Assembly (NCBI GenBank): GCA_029266945.1
Contig: JARIED010000023.1
Span: 34,491-98,490 of the forward strand
Source of the DNA: Slackia sp.
GTDB taxonomy: Bacteria; Actinomycetota; Coriobacteriia; Coriobacteriales; Eggerthellaceae
Length of the DNA: 64,000 nt
Direction of reading: 5' to 3'
This document shows positions 29,931 to 42,246 of the stretch, piece by piece; the first letter of the stretch is position 1, and each line of letters starts with the position of its first letter. A program made the position numbers and the translations under genes. The notes beneath the pieces were generated by a model, which saw nothing but the letters and a program-made list of their open reading frames with translations, did not search any database and was not told the origin of the DNA.

Positions 29931-29974
29931 AAAACGTGCAGAATCGCAGCGATTCCCAACAATGACGCCGGATT

Positions 29975-31051
29975 CTAGCGCTGCTCAACGGGAATATAGC
30001 TCACGTCCTTATAGCCGAACGCCTGCGGCCCCACTACGGCAAGACCCTCGGGCGTGCGCCACTGCGACGCGCACGGAATACCCACGATCATGACACGGCA
30101 TCCGTACTTGAGCGCCTCGCCCGTGATCGGCGTCAACGTTTCGACGTCGAATGCGGCGATCAGGTCGGGCGCGGTGCATACCGGCACGCCGTCGCACTTG
30201 GCCATAAGGAACTCGTTTTGGAATTCCATCGTGAACGAGCCTCCGCGATACGCGTCGAACCCTTCGAGCGTGGCGACGCCGCGCGCGAAGCCGCCCGTAG
30301 TGCAGCGCTCCACATCTTGCACCTTGCCGCGGAACAGCTCGACCGCACCCAGACGCTCCATGATCTTATCGTAGGCGTCCACCCTGTTCGTGCGCGCGTA
30401 GCGCAACAGGGCGCCCACTTCTTCGCACAGCGTATACGTTCCCGCGACGCTGTTGGCCTTCGCCTGCGCGCCCGTCATACCGTAGCACGCCAGCGAAATG
30501 TTGCCACCCATCATAACCGTGGCGCCGCGGCACAAATCCTCGGCGCGCTTGTTGTCATCGGTCTGAATCAGCATCTTGTTACCGCGCTCATCGGCCACGC
30601 CGATGGGGCTTGCGCTCTGTCCGAACACCGACCACGTGACCATCTGCAGCTCGGGAAACGCGCGGCCCATGCCGTCGCCGTCGAGCAGCGGAAGGCCGCG
30701 ACGCGCCGCGGGAAGCATAGGGTGCAGCGAATTCCAGCCGCCCGCCTCGGAGGGAAGCAGCATATCGAAACGATAGCCGCACATATCCTCGAGCGCCTCC
30801 AACGCGAACTCGGGCTCGGTGCCACGTGGCACCTTCTCCACCAGCACCGTCGGCGCACCCAGCCCCATCGACACCGCGATGCGAGCGTCGTCGGGCACTT
30901 CCTCCAGCTCGAGCAGCTCGATGGCGCCGAACTCTTCGACCGTCTGACGCGCGACCACCATGCCCAGATACGGGTCGCCTCCGCCTCCCGACGCGAGCAC
31001 CGCCGCGCCGCGCGCGATGTCTTCGACCGCCTGGACTCCCAATTTCCTCAT
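29975..31051 (-). CDS. DUF917-family protein (paralogue b)
   Basis: AAVLASGGGGDPYLG and DGDGMGRAFPELQMVTW motifs. It is a clear paralogue of 33084-34157. The start was trimmed to MRKLGV. Confidence 0.8.
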   Translation of the reverse strand: MRKLGVQAVEDIARGAAVLASGGGGDPYLGMVVARQTVEEFGAIELLELEEVPDDARIAVSMGLGAPTVLVEKVPRGTEPEFALEALEDMCGYRFDMLLPSEAGGWNSLHPMLPAARRGLPLLDGDGMGRAFPELQMVTWSVFGQSASPIGVADERGNKMLIQTDDNKRAEDLCRGATVMMGGNISLACYGMTGAQAKANSVAGTYTLCEEVGALLRYARTNRVDAYDKIMERLGAVELFRGKVQDVERCTTGGFARGVATLEGFDAYRGGSFTMEFQNEFLMAKCDGVPVCTAPDLIAAFDVETLTPITGEALKYGCRVMIVGIPCASQWRTPEGLAVVGPQAFGYKDVSYIPVEQR

Positions 31052-31206
31052 ACCGCACCCAACCATCTTTCCTCATCGCTTCATTGCGGAAAGCAGCGAA
31101 GCGCCGTTTGCTGACAGTGCAAAGCGCATGATGCGCCCCGTCTTCAAGTTCGCACGAGCCGGACGGGCTCGGAGCGACGACGAATCGACCGGGCGCCGCC
31201 GCGCCG

Positions 31207-31247
31207 GACGAAAAGCCCCCGCTTCCGGTCGATGTCGTACGGGGCTT
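31207..31247 (-). terminator. Possible terminator between the hydantoinase-like gene and DUF917-b
   Basis: On the minus strand, AAGCCCC...GGGGCTT is followed by TTCG. The loop is long (21 nt), so confidence is low. Confidence 0.35.
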
Positions 31248-31356
31248 CGCGCGCGCCCTTCGACACGCACGAAGCCCGTAGCAGGCGACGGCGACGCAGC
31301 CCGCAAGCGAACGGCTCCGCAACGCCCGCCGAAACGCCGCCCGCCACGGCCGCCAC

Positions 31357-32922
31357 CTACAGCTTCAAGCTACCGACCGCCTTCACGCGCACGCGCGTGG
31401 CGTTGCCCGGCAGATACGCCAGCGGCACGTCTTCCACGTCGATGATCTCGATCGTCTCGGGATCGGCTCCCGCTTTAACGGCCTCCTGCCTGGCGAGGTC
31501 TTTCGCCTTGTCCAGCGCCTCGGCGCGGCCCATCTCGTCGAGCGAGAAGATGCGCTCGATCTGTCCCGACACCTGAGAGATCGCGCTGCCGATGGCGTTT
31601 GCCACGCCGAAGTTCTCGGGCTTGTGGACCTTGCTCACGCCTTTGAGCTCGTCAGGAATCAGAATGGAGCCGCCGCCCACCAGAATGACGTCGATATCGC
31701 CTGCGCTCGTCTTCATCTTGTCGACGCATTCCTCGACCATGCGGGCCATTTCGGCGGAAGCCGCCTGCAACAACTCGGAATCGAGATCGGCCACCTTCGA
31801 CGGATCGCCCACGCCTTCGGCCGATCCCGACGCCACGGCGATATCGGTCGCCGTCAACATGTCGCCGCCGAAGCACAGTGCGCGCGTCAGCACCTGATAT
31901 CCCACCGAATCGGGACCGACGGTGACGCGGCCGTCTTCGTGTTTGCGCACGATCGACCCTCCGCCCAGGCCGATCGAAATAATGTCCGGCATGCGGAAGT
32001 TCGTGCGCACGCCGCCGATTTCGACCGCAAGAAGGCTCTCGCGCGGGAAGCCATGCGTCAACGCGCCCAGGTCGGCCGTCGTGCCGCCCACGTCCACTAC
32101 CACGGCGTCTTTGAGGCCGGTCAAGAACGAGGCGCCACGGATGGAGTTCGTCGGACCGCAGGCGATGGTGAGAATCGGATAGCGCATGGCGTACGCCGCG
32201 CTCATCAGCGTGCCGTCGTTTTGGCACAGATACACCTCGACATGCTCGATGCCTTCCGCGGCCAGCGCGGACACGAAGCTTTCCGACGTGGTTTTGGCAA
32301 CCGTGACCAGCGCCGCGTTAAGAACGGTGGCGTTCTCGCGCTCGAGCAGGCTCACGCTGCCGATTTCGCTGGAAATGGAAACCGGGAAATCGGCGCCCAG
32401 ACGGGCGCGCACGATTTCGGCGGCGCGCTTCTCATGCGACGAATCCACCGGCGAGAACACGCTCGTGATGGCCACGCTGTCGCAGGCGCCTTCGATTTCG
32501 GCGGCGATGCGCTCGAGCTCGGCCTCGTCGAGCGGTGCGATCTCGCGACCGTCGAATTCGTGGCCGCCGCGAACCAGATACCAGCGATCGCTGATGGCCT
32601 CGCGCAGGTCGGCGGGCCAATCCACCATGGGTTTGATCGCCGCGGTGGCGGGCGCGCCCAGACGGATCACCGCCACGCGGTCAAGGCGCTTGCGTTCAAC
32701 GATCGCGTTCGTGCAGTGCGTGGTGCCGAGCATCGCATAGCCGATGCGCTCGCGCGCGCCTTCCACCTGGGCGAGCGCGGAGGCCATCGCCTCGCGGATG
32801 CCGCCCATCACGTCTTCGGTGGTGGGGCATTTCACAGCCGCCACCAGGTTCAATTCGTTATCGAGGACGACAGCGTCGGTATTGGTTCCGCCGACGTCGA
32901 TGCCAATACGCCAATCCTTCAT
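31357..32922 (-). CDS. Hydantoinase/oxoprolinase-family protein (HyuA-like, ASKHA fold)
   Basis: MKDWRIGIDVGGTNTDAVVL and later VVVDVGGTTADL (two ASKHA phosphate motifs). The start was trimmed to the ATG behind CAGGAGGA. No HyuB partner is present in the window. Confidence 0.87.
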   Translation of the reverse strand: MKDWRIGIDVGGTNTDAVVLDNELNLVAAVKCPTTEDVMGGIREAMASALAQVEGARERIGYAMLGTTHCTNAIVERKRLDRVAVIRLGAPATAAIKPMVDWPADLREAISDRWYLVRGGHEFDGREIAPLDEAELERIAAEIEGACDSVAITSVFSPVDSSHEKRAAEIVRARLGADFPVSISSEIGSVSLLERENATVLNAALVTVAKTTSESFVSALAAEGIEHVEVYLCQNDGTLMSAAYAMRYPILTIACGPTNSIRGASFLTGLKDAVVVDVGGTTADLGALTHGFPRESLLAVEIGGVRTNFRMPDIISIGLGGGSIVRKHEDGRVTVGPDSVGYQVLTRALCFGGDMLTATDIAVASGSAEGVGDPSKVADLDSELLQAASAEMARMVEECVDKMKTSAGDIDVILVGGGSILIPDELKGVSKVHKPENFGVANAIGSAISQVSGQIERIFSLDEMGRAEALDKAKDLARQEAVKAGADPETIEIIDVEDVPLAYLPGNATRVRVKAVGSLKL

Positions 32923-33083
32923 GTATTCCTCCTGACGTACGCTTCCGACGGCCTTCCGGGCTTTCGGACCGCGCCCCGGCGCAGGCGGCTTCGAATCCGC
33001 GCCGCCGCCGAAGCGAATTAATCGCACCTGCCCGGTTTGTCGGAAACGCCCTTGCGTTTCCCGTATCGGAACGTGCCTGCGCC

Positions 33084-34157
33084 TTAGCGCTCTTCCACCG
33101 GCACGTAATCGATGTCGTAGCCGAAATAACGCGGGCCTGAGATTTCGAGACCGCGCGGGGTGCGCCAATGCTCGTGCACGGGAATGCCCGCGAGAACGCC
33201 GCGAGCGCCGTACTTCAGCGCCTCAGTGGTGATGGGCAGCGCCGTTTCCGCATCGAGCACGGCGATCAGGTCGGGGGCGCTGCAGAGCACTTCGCCGTCG
33301 GAGCGTGCGATCAGATGCTCGTTCTGGAACTCGATTTCGCAGGTGCGGCCGTGATAGCCTTCGATGCCTTCGAAATGAGCATAGCCGCGCACGAATCCGC
33401 CCACCGTGCGACGCGACACGTCGTCGAGCTTGCCGCGGAAAAGCTCCTTGCCCTTCAGCAGGTCCAAGATAACAGGAATGGGGTCGCCGCCCGCCTCGTG
33501 GGCTTCGCGAATGGTGCGTCCCACCACCTCGCAATACGTCGACGTTCCAGGAATGCTGGTCTTTTTGGCCTGGACGCCCGTCATGGCGTAGTCGGCCATG
33601 AACACGCTGCCGCCCGTGGTGATGGCCACGTTGCGCGCCAGTCGCTCGGCCCATTCGTTATCGACCGCCTCGATAACCACGGTGTCGCCCTTTTCGTCGC
33701 ACACCGCCGCAGGGCATGCGGGCACGTCGAACAAGGTCCAGGTCACATGGCGCAATTCGGGAAACGCACGGCCCATGCCGTCGGCGTCCACGATCGGCAC
33801 GCCCTTGGCCGCGGCCACCTGGAACGGCAGAAGCGAATTCAATCCGCCCGCCTCGAGCGGCATGATGGCGTCGAACTTCTTGCCGAAGCGAGCCTCCAAG
33901 GCGTCCACGGCGCCGATGCCCTCAAGGCCGTTGGGGACCTTCTCCACCAACACCGTGGGCGCACCCAGCATATGCGACGCGCACACCCAGGCGTCGTCGT
34001 CCAGCTCGTCGAGCGTCACCATCTTGAACGGTCCGTACTCCTCGATGGCCTGCAGGGCCATGAGCTTGCCGATATACGGGTCTCCGCCGCCGCCCGAAGC
34101 AAGAACGGCCGCGCCGACGGCCATATCCTCGACTTCCTGCTTGCCGATAATACGCAC
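33084..34157 (-). CDS. DUF917-family protein (paralogue a)
   Basis: AAVLASGGGGDPYIG and DADGMGRAFPELRHVTW motifs. A GTG start (VRIIGKQ) is proposed 5 nt after GAAGGAGG. Confidence 0.8.
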   Translation of the reverse strand: MRIIGKQEVEDMAVGAAVLASGGGGDPYIGKLMALQAIEEYGPFKMVTLDELDDDAWVCASHMLGAPTVLVEKVPNGLEGIGAVDALEARFGKKFDAIMPLEAGGLNSLLPFQVAAAKGVPIVDADGMGRAFPELRHVTWTLFDVPACPAAVCDEKGDTVVIEAVDNEWAERLARNVAITTGGSVFMADYAMTGVQAKKTSIPGTSTYCEVVGRTIREAHEAGGDPIPVILDLLKGKELFRGKLDDVSRRTVGGFVRGYAHFEGIEGYHGRTCEIEFQNEHLIARSDGEVLCSAPDLIAVLDAETALPITTEALKYGARGVLAGIPVHEHWRTPRGLEISGPRYFGYDIDYVPVEER

Positions 34158-34337
34158 GGCTACCTCCTTCTTTTTCGCAAAGAAGCGCCTGTCCTTTCGC
34201 GGGCGGCGCCTTGATTCCGAATGAGGACGCGAACCGCAGGCATCGCAGCGAATGCGCCCCGTACCGGCCGCATTCGCGACGGCCGGCGAAGCGCATGCGC
34301 GCCGCGACGCAGCGGGCATGCGCGCCCAAGCGATGCG

Positions 34338-35297
34338 CTACGCCAACTCGTCCACCGGCGGCAGCGCACCGAAGCCCTGCAGCCCGGCCATGTCGCCATA
34401 GCGCTCGACGAACGCGCGGTACTCGGCTTCGTCGCAGAACGAGCAGGCGCCGGCGCCGAAGGCCTTGGCAGCCTCGATCATGAACGTGCCGGCCTCGTCC
34501 AAATCGCCCAGGCGCGTGGCGCCGGTAGCGCAGCCCGCCACGGCGGTCTCGGTGGTTATGGCCACGCCCGCCACAGGAGCGTCGGTGCAGGTACACGGCT
34601 GAAGGATGCTGTTGAGATGATACAGGCCGTTGCCGTAGGGCGTGATGTCGGCCATCGAAAGCGCGAACACGTGCGGCAGGCGACCCGTCGCGGTCTGGGC
34701 CAGGTCGAGCAGGTCCTCGCTCACGCGCATGATGACGCCGCGCTTGACCGTGGGGCTGATGGCGAATCCGCGGGCGTTGATGATGCGGTTGCCCTTGGTG
34801 GTGTCGCACACCAGGATGGCATCGAGCTCGTCGGTCACTTCTTCTTTATTGATAGCCGCCGTCGACGTGGGCGAACCCATGAACGGCACGAGGTCGTGCG
34901 GAAAAGTGGGAGCATGCGGGCACACGTGCGTGGAAACGAACACGTCGCCCGGCAGCACGTCGCCCTTGCGGCGCATGTCGATGAGCTTCGCCGCGCAGGC
35001 AAGCGCCGTCAGCGCGCCGTCGCCGTCGGAAACGAAGCCGATGCGCTCGGGCCTGGCGCCCAAACCGCCCAGGCGGCCCAGCAGGCCGATCGTCGGCGCC
35101 TGCCCGCCCGCGGCCTTGCCCTGGGCGCCGGGGATACGCACGCGGACCATGTCGGTCGTACCCTTCGAGCCGGTCAGGGCATACGTCTCGACATCGCATT
35201 CGGAATCGATGCCGCGCAGATAGCTCGCCACCGCCTCACCGCTCGCCTGCGGGGAATCCAAAACGTCGTACAGGTCCATCAGGTATCGCAGCAACAT
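34338..35297 (-). CDS. Hypothetical protein, DUF1177-like (assignment tentative)
   Basis: 319 aa with non-shadow composition. It is first in the gene string with the DUF917 and hydantoinase-like genes. The family was recalled from memory and not verified. Confidence 0.6.
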   Translation of the reverse strand: MLLRYLMDLYDVLDSPQASGEAVASYLRGIDSECDVETYALTGSKGTTDMVRVRIPGAQGKAAGGQAPTIGLLGRLGGLGARPERIGFVSDGDGALTALACAAKLIDMRRKGDVLPGDVFVSTHVCPHAPTFPHDLVPFMGSPTSTAAINKEEVTDELDAILVCDTTKGNRIINARGFAISPTVKRGVIMRVSEDLLDLAQTATGRLPHVFALSMADITPYGNGLYHLNSILQPCTCTDAPVAGVAITTETAVAGCATGATRLGDLDEAGTFMIEAAKAFGAGACSFCDEAEYRAFVERYGDMAGLQGFGALPPVDELA

Positions 35298-35379
35298 GGG
35301 GCGGTCCTTTCGTTTTGCGATCGAACAATATCCAGTTCATTGTAACGTCCCGCCGGCGGTTCTGCAGCGAAGCGGAGCG

Positions 35380-38001
<2,622 letters not shown>

Positions 38002-38091
38002 CCTAGCACGTCGGCGAACGGACGCCGAAGGGCGGGCGGGCAGAACGCCCGCGAAGCCGCTACAATAGCCGAGACGAAAGGAAGGTGCCTC

Positions 38092-38910
38092 ATGAAGGAC
38101 ATGAAAATCGCCCTCGTGCAGTTCGAAGGCGAGATCGGAGAAGTCGAGAAAAACGTCGCCGACGCCTGCACGCTGATCGCCCAGGCTGCGGAAAACGGAG
38201 CCGACCTGATAGTTCTGCCCGAACTGTTCAGCACGGGATATCATCTGGACACCATCGGCCCGCGCATCCTCGAGCTGGCCGAACCCATCGACGGCCCCAC
38301 GGTGCGCGCCATGCAGCAGGCCGCGCGCGAGGCGGGATGCTACGTGATCGCGCCGATTGCCCTCATCCGCGAAGTGGGCGGCGTGCCGTTCAACAGCGCC
38401 GTGCTGATCGACCGCGAAGGAAACGTGACGGGAAGCTACGACAAGGTGCACCTGTGGGCGCTCGAGCGCTTCTATTTCCGCACCGGCGCGACCTACCCCG
38501 TGTTCGACACCGACTTCGGCCGCATCGGCATCATCATCTGCTATGACATGGGCTTCCCCGAGGCGGCGCGCTCCATGGCCCTGCAAGGCGCCGACCTGAT
38601 CGTGTGCCCGAGCGCCTGGTGCACCGAGGATATGGACGTCTGGGAAATCAACGCGCCCGCACGCGCGCTTGAAAACACCGTGTTCCTGGCGGCCTGCAAC
38701 CGCTTCGGCCGCGAAGGCGGCAACCTGTACATGCCGGGCAAGTCCATGGTATGCAATCCGCGCGGCACGAAAATCGCCCAGATCGAAGACGAGGAGGCGG
38801 GCATCCTCTATGTCGACCTCCACGCGGCCGACATAGACGCCTACCGCGTGAAAAGCCCATACCTACGCGACCGTCGCGCCGACACCTACGAAGGCGTGGC
38901 ACGCTGGTAG
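38092..38910 (+). CDS. Carbon-nitrogen hydrolase (nitrilase-superfamily amidohydrolase)
   Basis: Glu-Lys-Cys triad context: LIVLPELF, YDKVHLW, ICYDMGFPE. GAAAGGAAGG SD upstream. Confidence 0.88.
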   Translation: MKDMKIALVQFEGEIGEVEKNVADACTLIAQAAENGADLIVLPELFSTGYHLDTIGPRILELAEPIDGPTVRAMQQAAREAGCYVIAPIALIREVGGVPFNSAVLIDREGNVTGSYDKVHLWALERFYFRTGATYPVFDTDFGRIGIIICYDMGFPEAARSMALQGADLIVCPSAWCTEDMDVWEINAPARALENTVFLAACNRFGREGGNLYMPGKSMVCNPRGTKIAQIEDEEAGILYVDLHAADIDAYRVKSPYLRDRRADTYEGVARW

Positions 38911-38937
38911 AAGCTCACGCCGACAAACGGCTTTCGC

Positions 38938-38974
38938 GCAAAAGAAAAGGGCCTATAGGCCCTTTTCTTTTCTC
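38938..38974. terminator. Bidirectional intrinsic terminator (nitrilase-family gene / glmM)
   Basis: GAAAAGGGCC-tata-GGCCCTTTTC, flanked by A- and T-runs. Confidence 0.7.
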
Positions 38975-38992
38975 TATCGCTTGCAACGAAGT

Positions 38993-40363
38993 TTACGCCA
39001 GCTCGGCCTCCACCACGTCGGCGATCGCGCGGGCATGGCCGTCGGCCACATCCTGCGTTTCGGCTTCCACCATCACGCGCACCAACGGCTCGGTGCCGCT
39101 CGTGCGCACCAGAACGCGACCGACATCGCCCATGGCTTCCTCGGCGGCATGGACGGCGCCCCAGATGGCCTCGTTGCCCTCGAGCGCATGCTTGTCCTGC
39201 ACGCGCACGTTGATCAGCGTCTGCGGGAAGCGCGTCATCACTTTGATCGCCTCTTCCACCGGCTTGCCGCTGCGACGAACCGCCGCCAGGAACTGGCAGG
39301 CCGTCATAAGGCCGTCGCCCGTGGAGTTGTGCTCGAGCAGGATCATATGGCCCGACTGCTCGCCGCCCAGGGCATACCCGCCCTCGCGCATGGCTTCGAG
39401 AACATAGCGGTCGCCCACCTTGGTCTGCAGCACCTCGATACCCGCATCGCGCATCGCGTGAACGAAGCCCAGATTGGTCATAACCGTGGACACGGCCACG
39501 TTGCCGGGCAGGCAGCCGCGCTCTTTCAGGTCGACCGCCAGCACGGCCTCCATCACGTCGCCGTCGATCTCGGAGCCGTCCGCCGCGAGCATCATCACGC
39601 GGTCGGCGTCGCCGTCATGCGCGATGCCCACATCGGCGCCGCTTTCGGCCAGAAGCTCGGCAAGCGGGCCCAGATGGGTGGAACCGCAGCCCACGTTGAT
39701 GTCGTTGCCGTCGAAATCGTCGTTGATCACGGTGACTTCGGCGCCCAGGCGACGCAGCGCTTCAGCGCTAGTCAGAGACGATGCGCCGTGGCCCGTGTCG
39801 AGCGCCACATGCAGGCCCGAGAAATCGATGCCCTGCGCCTGGATGGATTTCACGACATGGTCGATATACATCTCGCACGCGTCCTCGATTTCCACCGCGA
39901 CGCCCACCATGGAACCTGCAGGCATGGACGCTTCCTCGCCCGCCTCGACGGCGCGGGCCACGACGCCCTCGAGGCCGCCTTCCACGATGAATTTCTCGAT
40001 ATCGTCTTCAACCGCGTCGGGCAGCTTGAAACCCTGGCCGTCGAAGAATTTGATGCCGTTGTACTCGGGCGGATTATGCGAGGCGGAGATCACGATGCCG
40101 CCATCGGCGTGCAGCTCGCGCGTGAGCAGGGCCACCGCAGGCGTGGGAATGACGCCTGCAAGCAAGGCGTCGCCGCCGGCGCTCGTAATGCCCGCCACCA
40201 CGGCCGCCTCCAGCATATCGCCGCTTTTGCGCGTATCCTTGCCAAGGACCACGGTCGCGCCCATGAACGCCACCGCCGCCTGGCCCAGACGGTATGCCAT
40301 CTCGCACGTCAAATCGACGTTCGCGACGCCGCGCACGCCGTCGGTTCCGAAAAGTCGAGCCAT
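38993..40363 (-). CDS. glmM: Phosphoglucosamine mutase
   Basis: MARLFGTDGVRG, the active-site region ISASHNPPEYNGIK, and GDGDADR. The start was trimmed to the ATG behind GAAAGGGG. Confidence 0.95.
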   Translation of the reverse strand: MARLFGTDGVRGVANVDLTCEMAYRLGQAAVAFMGATVVLGKDTRKSGDMLEAAVVAGITSAGGDALLAGVIPTPAVALLTRELHADGGIVISASHNPPEYNGIKFFDGQGFKLPDAVEDDIEKFIVEGGLEGVVARAVEAGEEASMPAGSMVGVAVEIEDACEMYIDHVVKSIQAQGIDFSGLHVALDTGHGASSLTSAEALRRLGAEVTVINDDFDGNDINVGCGSTHLGPLAELLAESGADVGIAHDGDADRVMMLAADGSEIDGDVMEAVLAVDLKERGCLPGNVAVSTVMTNLGFVHAMRDAGIEVLQTKVGDRYVLEAMREGGYALGGEQSGHMILLEHNSTGDGLMTACQFLAAVRRSGKPVEEAIKVMTRFPQTLINVRVQDKHALEGNEAIWGAVHAAEEAMGDVGRVLVRTSGTEPLVRVMVEAETQDVADGHARAIADVVEAELA

Positions 40364-40499
40364 AGACGCCCCTTTCAATGGTTGAACTTCCATATTCTAC
40401 CACTCGCCGCTATTCTACCACTCGCCACGCACGGCCTTTCGCAGCCGGGCGTCCGACACCCTTCTGTGAAAAACGCCGAGCGCTCGGCGAGCGCAGGAA

Positions 40500-41417
40500 T
40501 CAGGCGACCTCCTCGCGCGCTGGCTTCGGCGCATCGAAGCGCGCCAGCAGAAACACCGTGGCTACGATGAGCGCGAACCCGATGAAGTCCATGGGCGCGA
40601 ACGGCGTGCGGAGCCAGAGCGCGGCGAACGCGGTGGCCGACACGGTCTCGATGCTGGCGATCAGGCTCGCCTTCGCCGCGCCGATGTCGTTGATCGCGGT
40701 CAGATACGCGGTGAAGCCGAGCAGTGTGCCGATGCCCGTCAGGCCGCCGAACATGGCGAGGGCGCCTGCGGCATCGAGCTGCGGCGCGCAATTCCGTGCG
40801 CCTGTGACCAGGTACAAAACGACCCCGCCCAGCAGAAGGCCGCTTCCCACCACGGCAAGGCTGCCGTAGCGCTTCATAAGCGTTCCGGGCAGAAGGGAAT
40901 ACAGCGCCACCGACACCGCGGCGACAAGGCCCCAGAACATGCCTTCGGGTGAAAGCGCCATCGTGGAAGGATCGCCGTGCGTCGCCAGAAGAAACGTGCC
41001 GACGATCACGCAAAGCACCGCGACGAACTCGCGCGCGCTCGGAAGGCGGCGGGCCGCGAAGCACGACGCCACCACGATGAGCACCGGCCCGACATACTGC
41101 AGAACCGTCGCCGTTCCCGCATTGGAATACCGGATGGCCAGCAGATACGTCGCCCGGCACAGCGTCAAGCCGGCGAGCGCGAACAAAACCAGGCGCCCTA
41201 CCGATCGCGGACATCTCCAAAGCGCACGCAGCGCGTTCCTTCGCGCGACCAGCAAGTATGCGACGAGCGCCGCGCCGGCGACGGCCATGGCGACGGCCGA
41301 TGCCCAAAGCGGGTCGACCCCGCGACCGAACAGATACTGGGAACACGCTCCCGAAAAGCCCCAGCCCGTGCCGCCGACCAAAGCCAGCACGACCCCCCGC
41401 CTCCGCCTATCGGCCAT
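40500..41417 (-). CDS. EamA/DMT-family transporter
   Basis: 305 aa with about 10 hydrophobic segments and the two-EamA-repeat architecture. Confidence 0.82.
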   Translation of the reverse strand: MADRRRRGVVLALVGGTGWGFSGACSQYLFGRGVDPLWASAVAMAVAGAALVAYLLVARRNALRALWRCPRSVGRLVLFALAGLTLCRATYLLAIRYSNAGTATVLQYVGPVLIVVASCFAARRLPSAREFVAVLCVIVGTFLLATHGDPSTMALSPEGMFWGLVAAVSVALYSLLPGTLMKRYGSLAVVGSGLLLGGVVLYLVTGARNCAPQLDAAGALAMFGGLTGIGTLLGFTAYLTAINDIGAAKASLIASIETVSATAFAALWLRTPFAPMDFIGFALIVATVFLLARFDAPKPAREEVA

Positions 41418-41645
41418 GGAAAACCTCGCTCAAAACGCTTCTGAACAGCAAAAAGGGACGAACCCCGCCCCATTGTATCGCGAACGCGCGGCAGCGCCCG
41501 TGCACGCGACGGTTTCGCTGTGAAGCCGCGGAAACCAAAGGGCACGAAGGCGCCAGCCCCAGCGGGCATGCGCTATGCTATCGCCATTGACGAAACGAAT
41601 GGCGCGCCGTACGCGCAGCGCCCGCCCTACCGAACAGGAGCACCC

Positions 41646-42104
41646 ATGGAACTCAAGCAGATCGCCAGCTTTCAGGTAGACCACACCAAGCTCGTCCCCG
41701 GCATGTACACCTCGCGCGTCGATGGCGACATCACCACCTACGACATCCGCATGGTCAAGCCGAACTGCGGTACCTACCTGCCTTACGCCGCCATCCACAC
41801 CTTCGAGCACCTCTTCGCCACCTACGCCCGCAGCACCGAACTGTCCGACCAGGTGATTTACGTCGGCCCCATGGGCTGCCGCACCGGCTTCTATTTCCTC
41901 GTACGCGATATGGAACCCGCCGTGGCCATCAAGCTGGTCAACGACATGCTGGCCTTCGTCGCCGATTTCGAAGGCGCCATCCCGGGTGCAACCGAAATCG
42001 AGTGCGGCAACTACCGCGAGCAGGACCTGGACGGCGCGGAGGAAATCGCCCGCACGATGATTCCTGTCCTCAAAGACTGGACTGTTGAAAAACTTGCTTA
42101 TTAA
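41646..42104 (+). CDS. luxS: S-ribosylhomocysteine lyase
   Basis: The metal-site motif HTFEHL is present with GPMGCRTGFY. The start was trimmed to MELKQI behind CAGGAG. The last 12 codons or so are AT-rich. Confidence 0.93.
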   Translation: MELKQIASFQVDHTKLVPGMYTSRVDGDITTYDIRMVKPNCGTYLPYAAIHTFEHLFATYARSTELSDQVIYVGPMGCRTGFYFLVRDMEPAVAIKLVNDMLAFVADFEGAIPGATEIECGNYREQDLDGAEEIARTMIPVLKDWTVEKLAY

Positions 42105-42130
42105 AAGTTCTTAGACTTCTTTTAATAAGC
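42096..42130 (+). terminator. Hairpin spanning the luxS stop codon
   Basis: Perfect 12-bp stem GCTTATTAAAAG/CTTTTAATAAGC with an 11-nt loop. T-rich sequence follows. Confidence 0.5.
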
Positions 42131-42175
42131 TAATTACTTTTAGATACTTTCGATATATTAGAATCCAATTATTGA

Positions 42176-42204
42176 TTGACATTAAGTATCTTTAAGAAAT
42201 AATT
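42176..42204 (+). promoter_or_regulatory. Sigma-70-like promoter candidate (TTGACA-N17-ATAATT) inside the AT-rich junction
   Basis: TTGACA at 42176-42181 and ATAATT at 42199-42204, with 17-nt spacing. The match is on sequence only. Confidence 0.3.
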
Positions 42205-42246
42205 GGATTTACGAGCACTAATATCTTTATAGTATGGAACAAATAC

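Noticed and set aside
29534-29974. Cobalamin or NiCo riboswitch in the transporter leader
   Set aside because: I could not find the B12 box or the conserved GGTG...AATCC-type core or NiCo junction motifs by eye. The structures present are reported as an unclassified element instead. An Infernal scan is needed.
38002-38823. N-terminal 274 codons of the 1147-aa ORF 35380-38823
   Set aside because: This part is antisense to the nitrilase-family gene (38092-38910), which has a catalytic-triad context and a good SD. UvrA homology begins only at MRLRYSS.../[15 protein letters not shown], so the UvrA-like gene was started at 38001.
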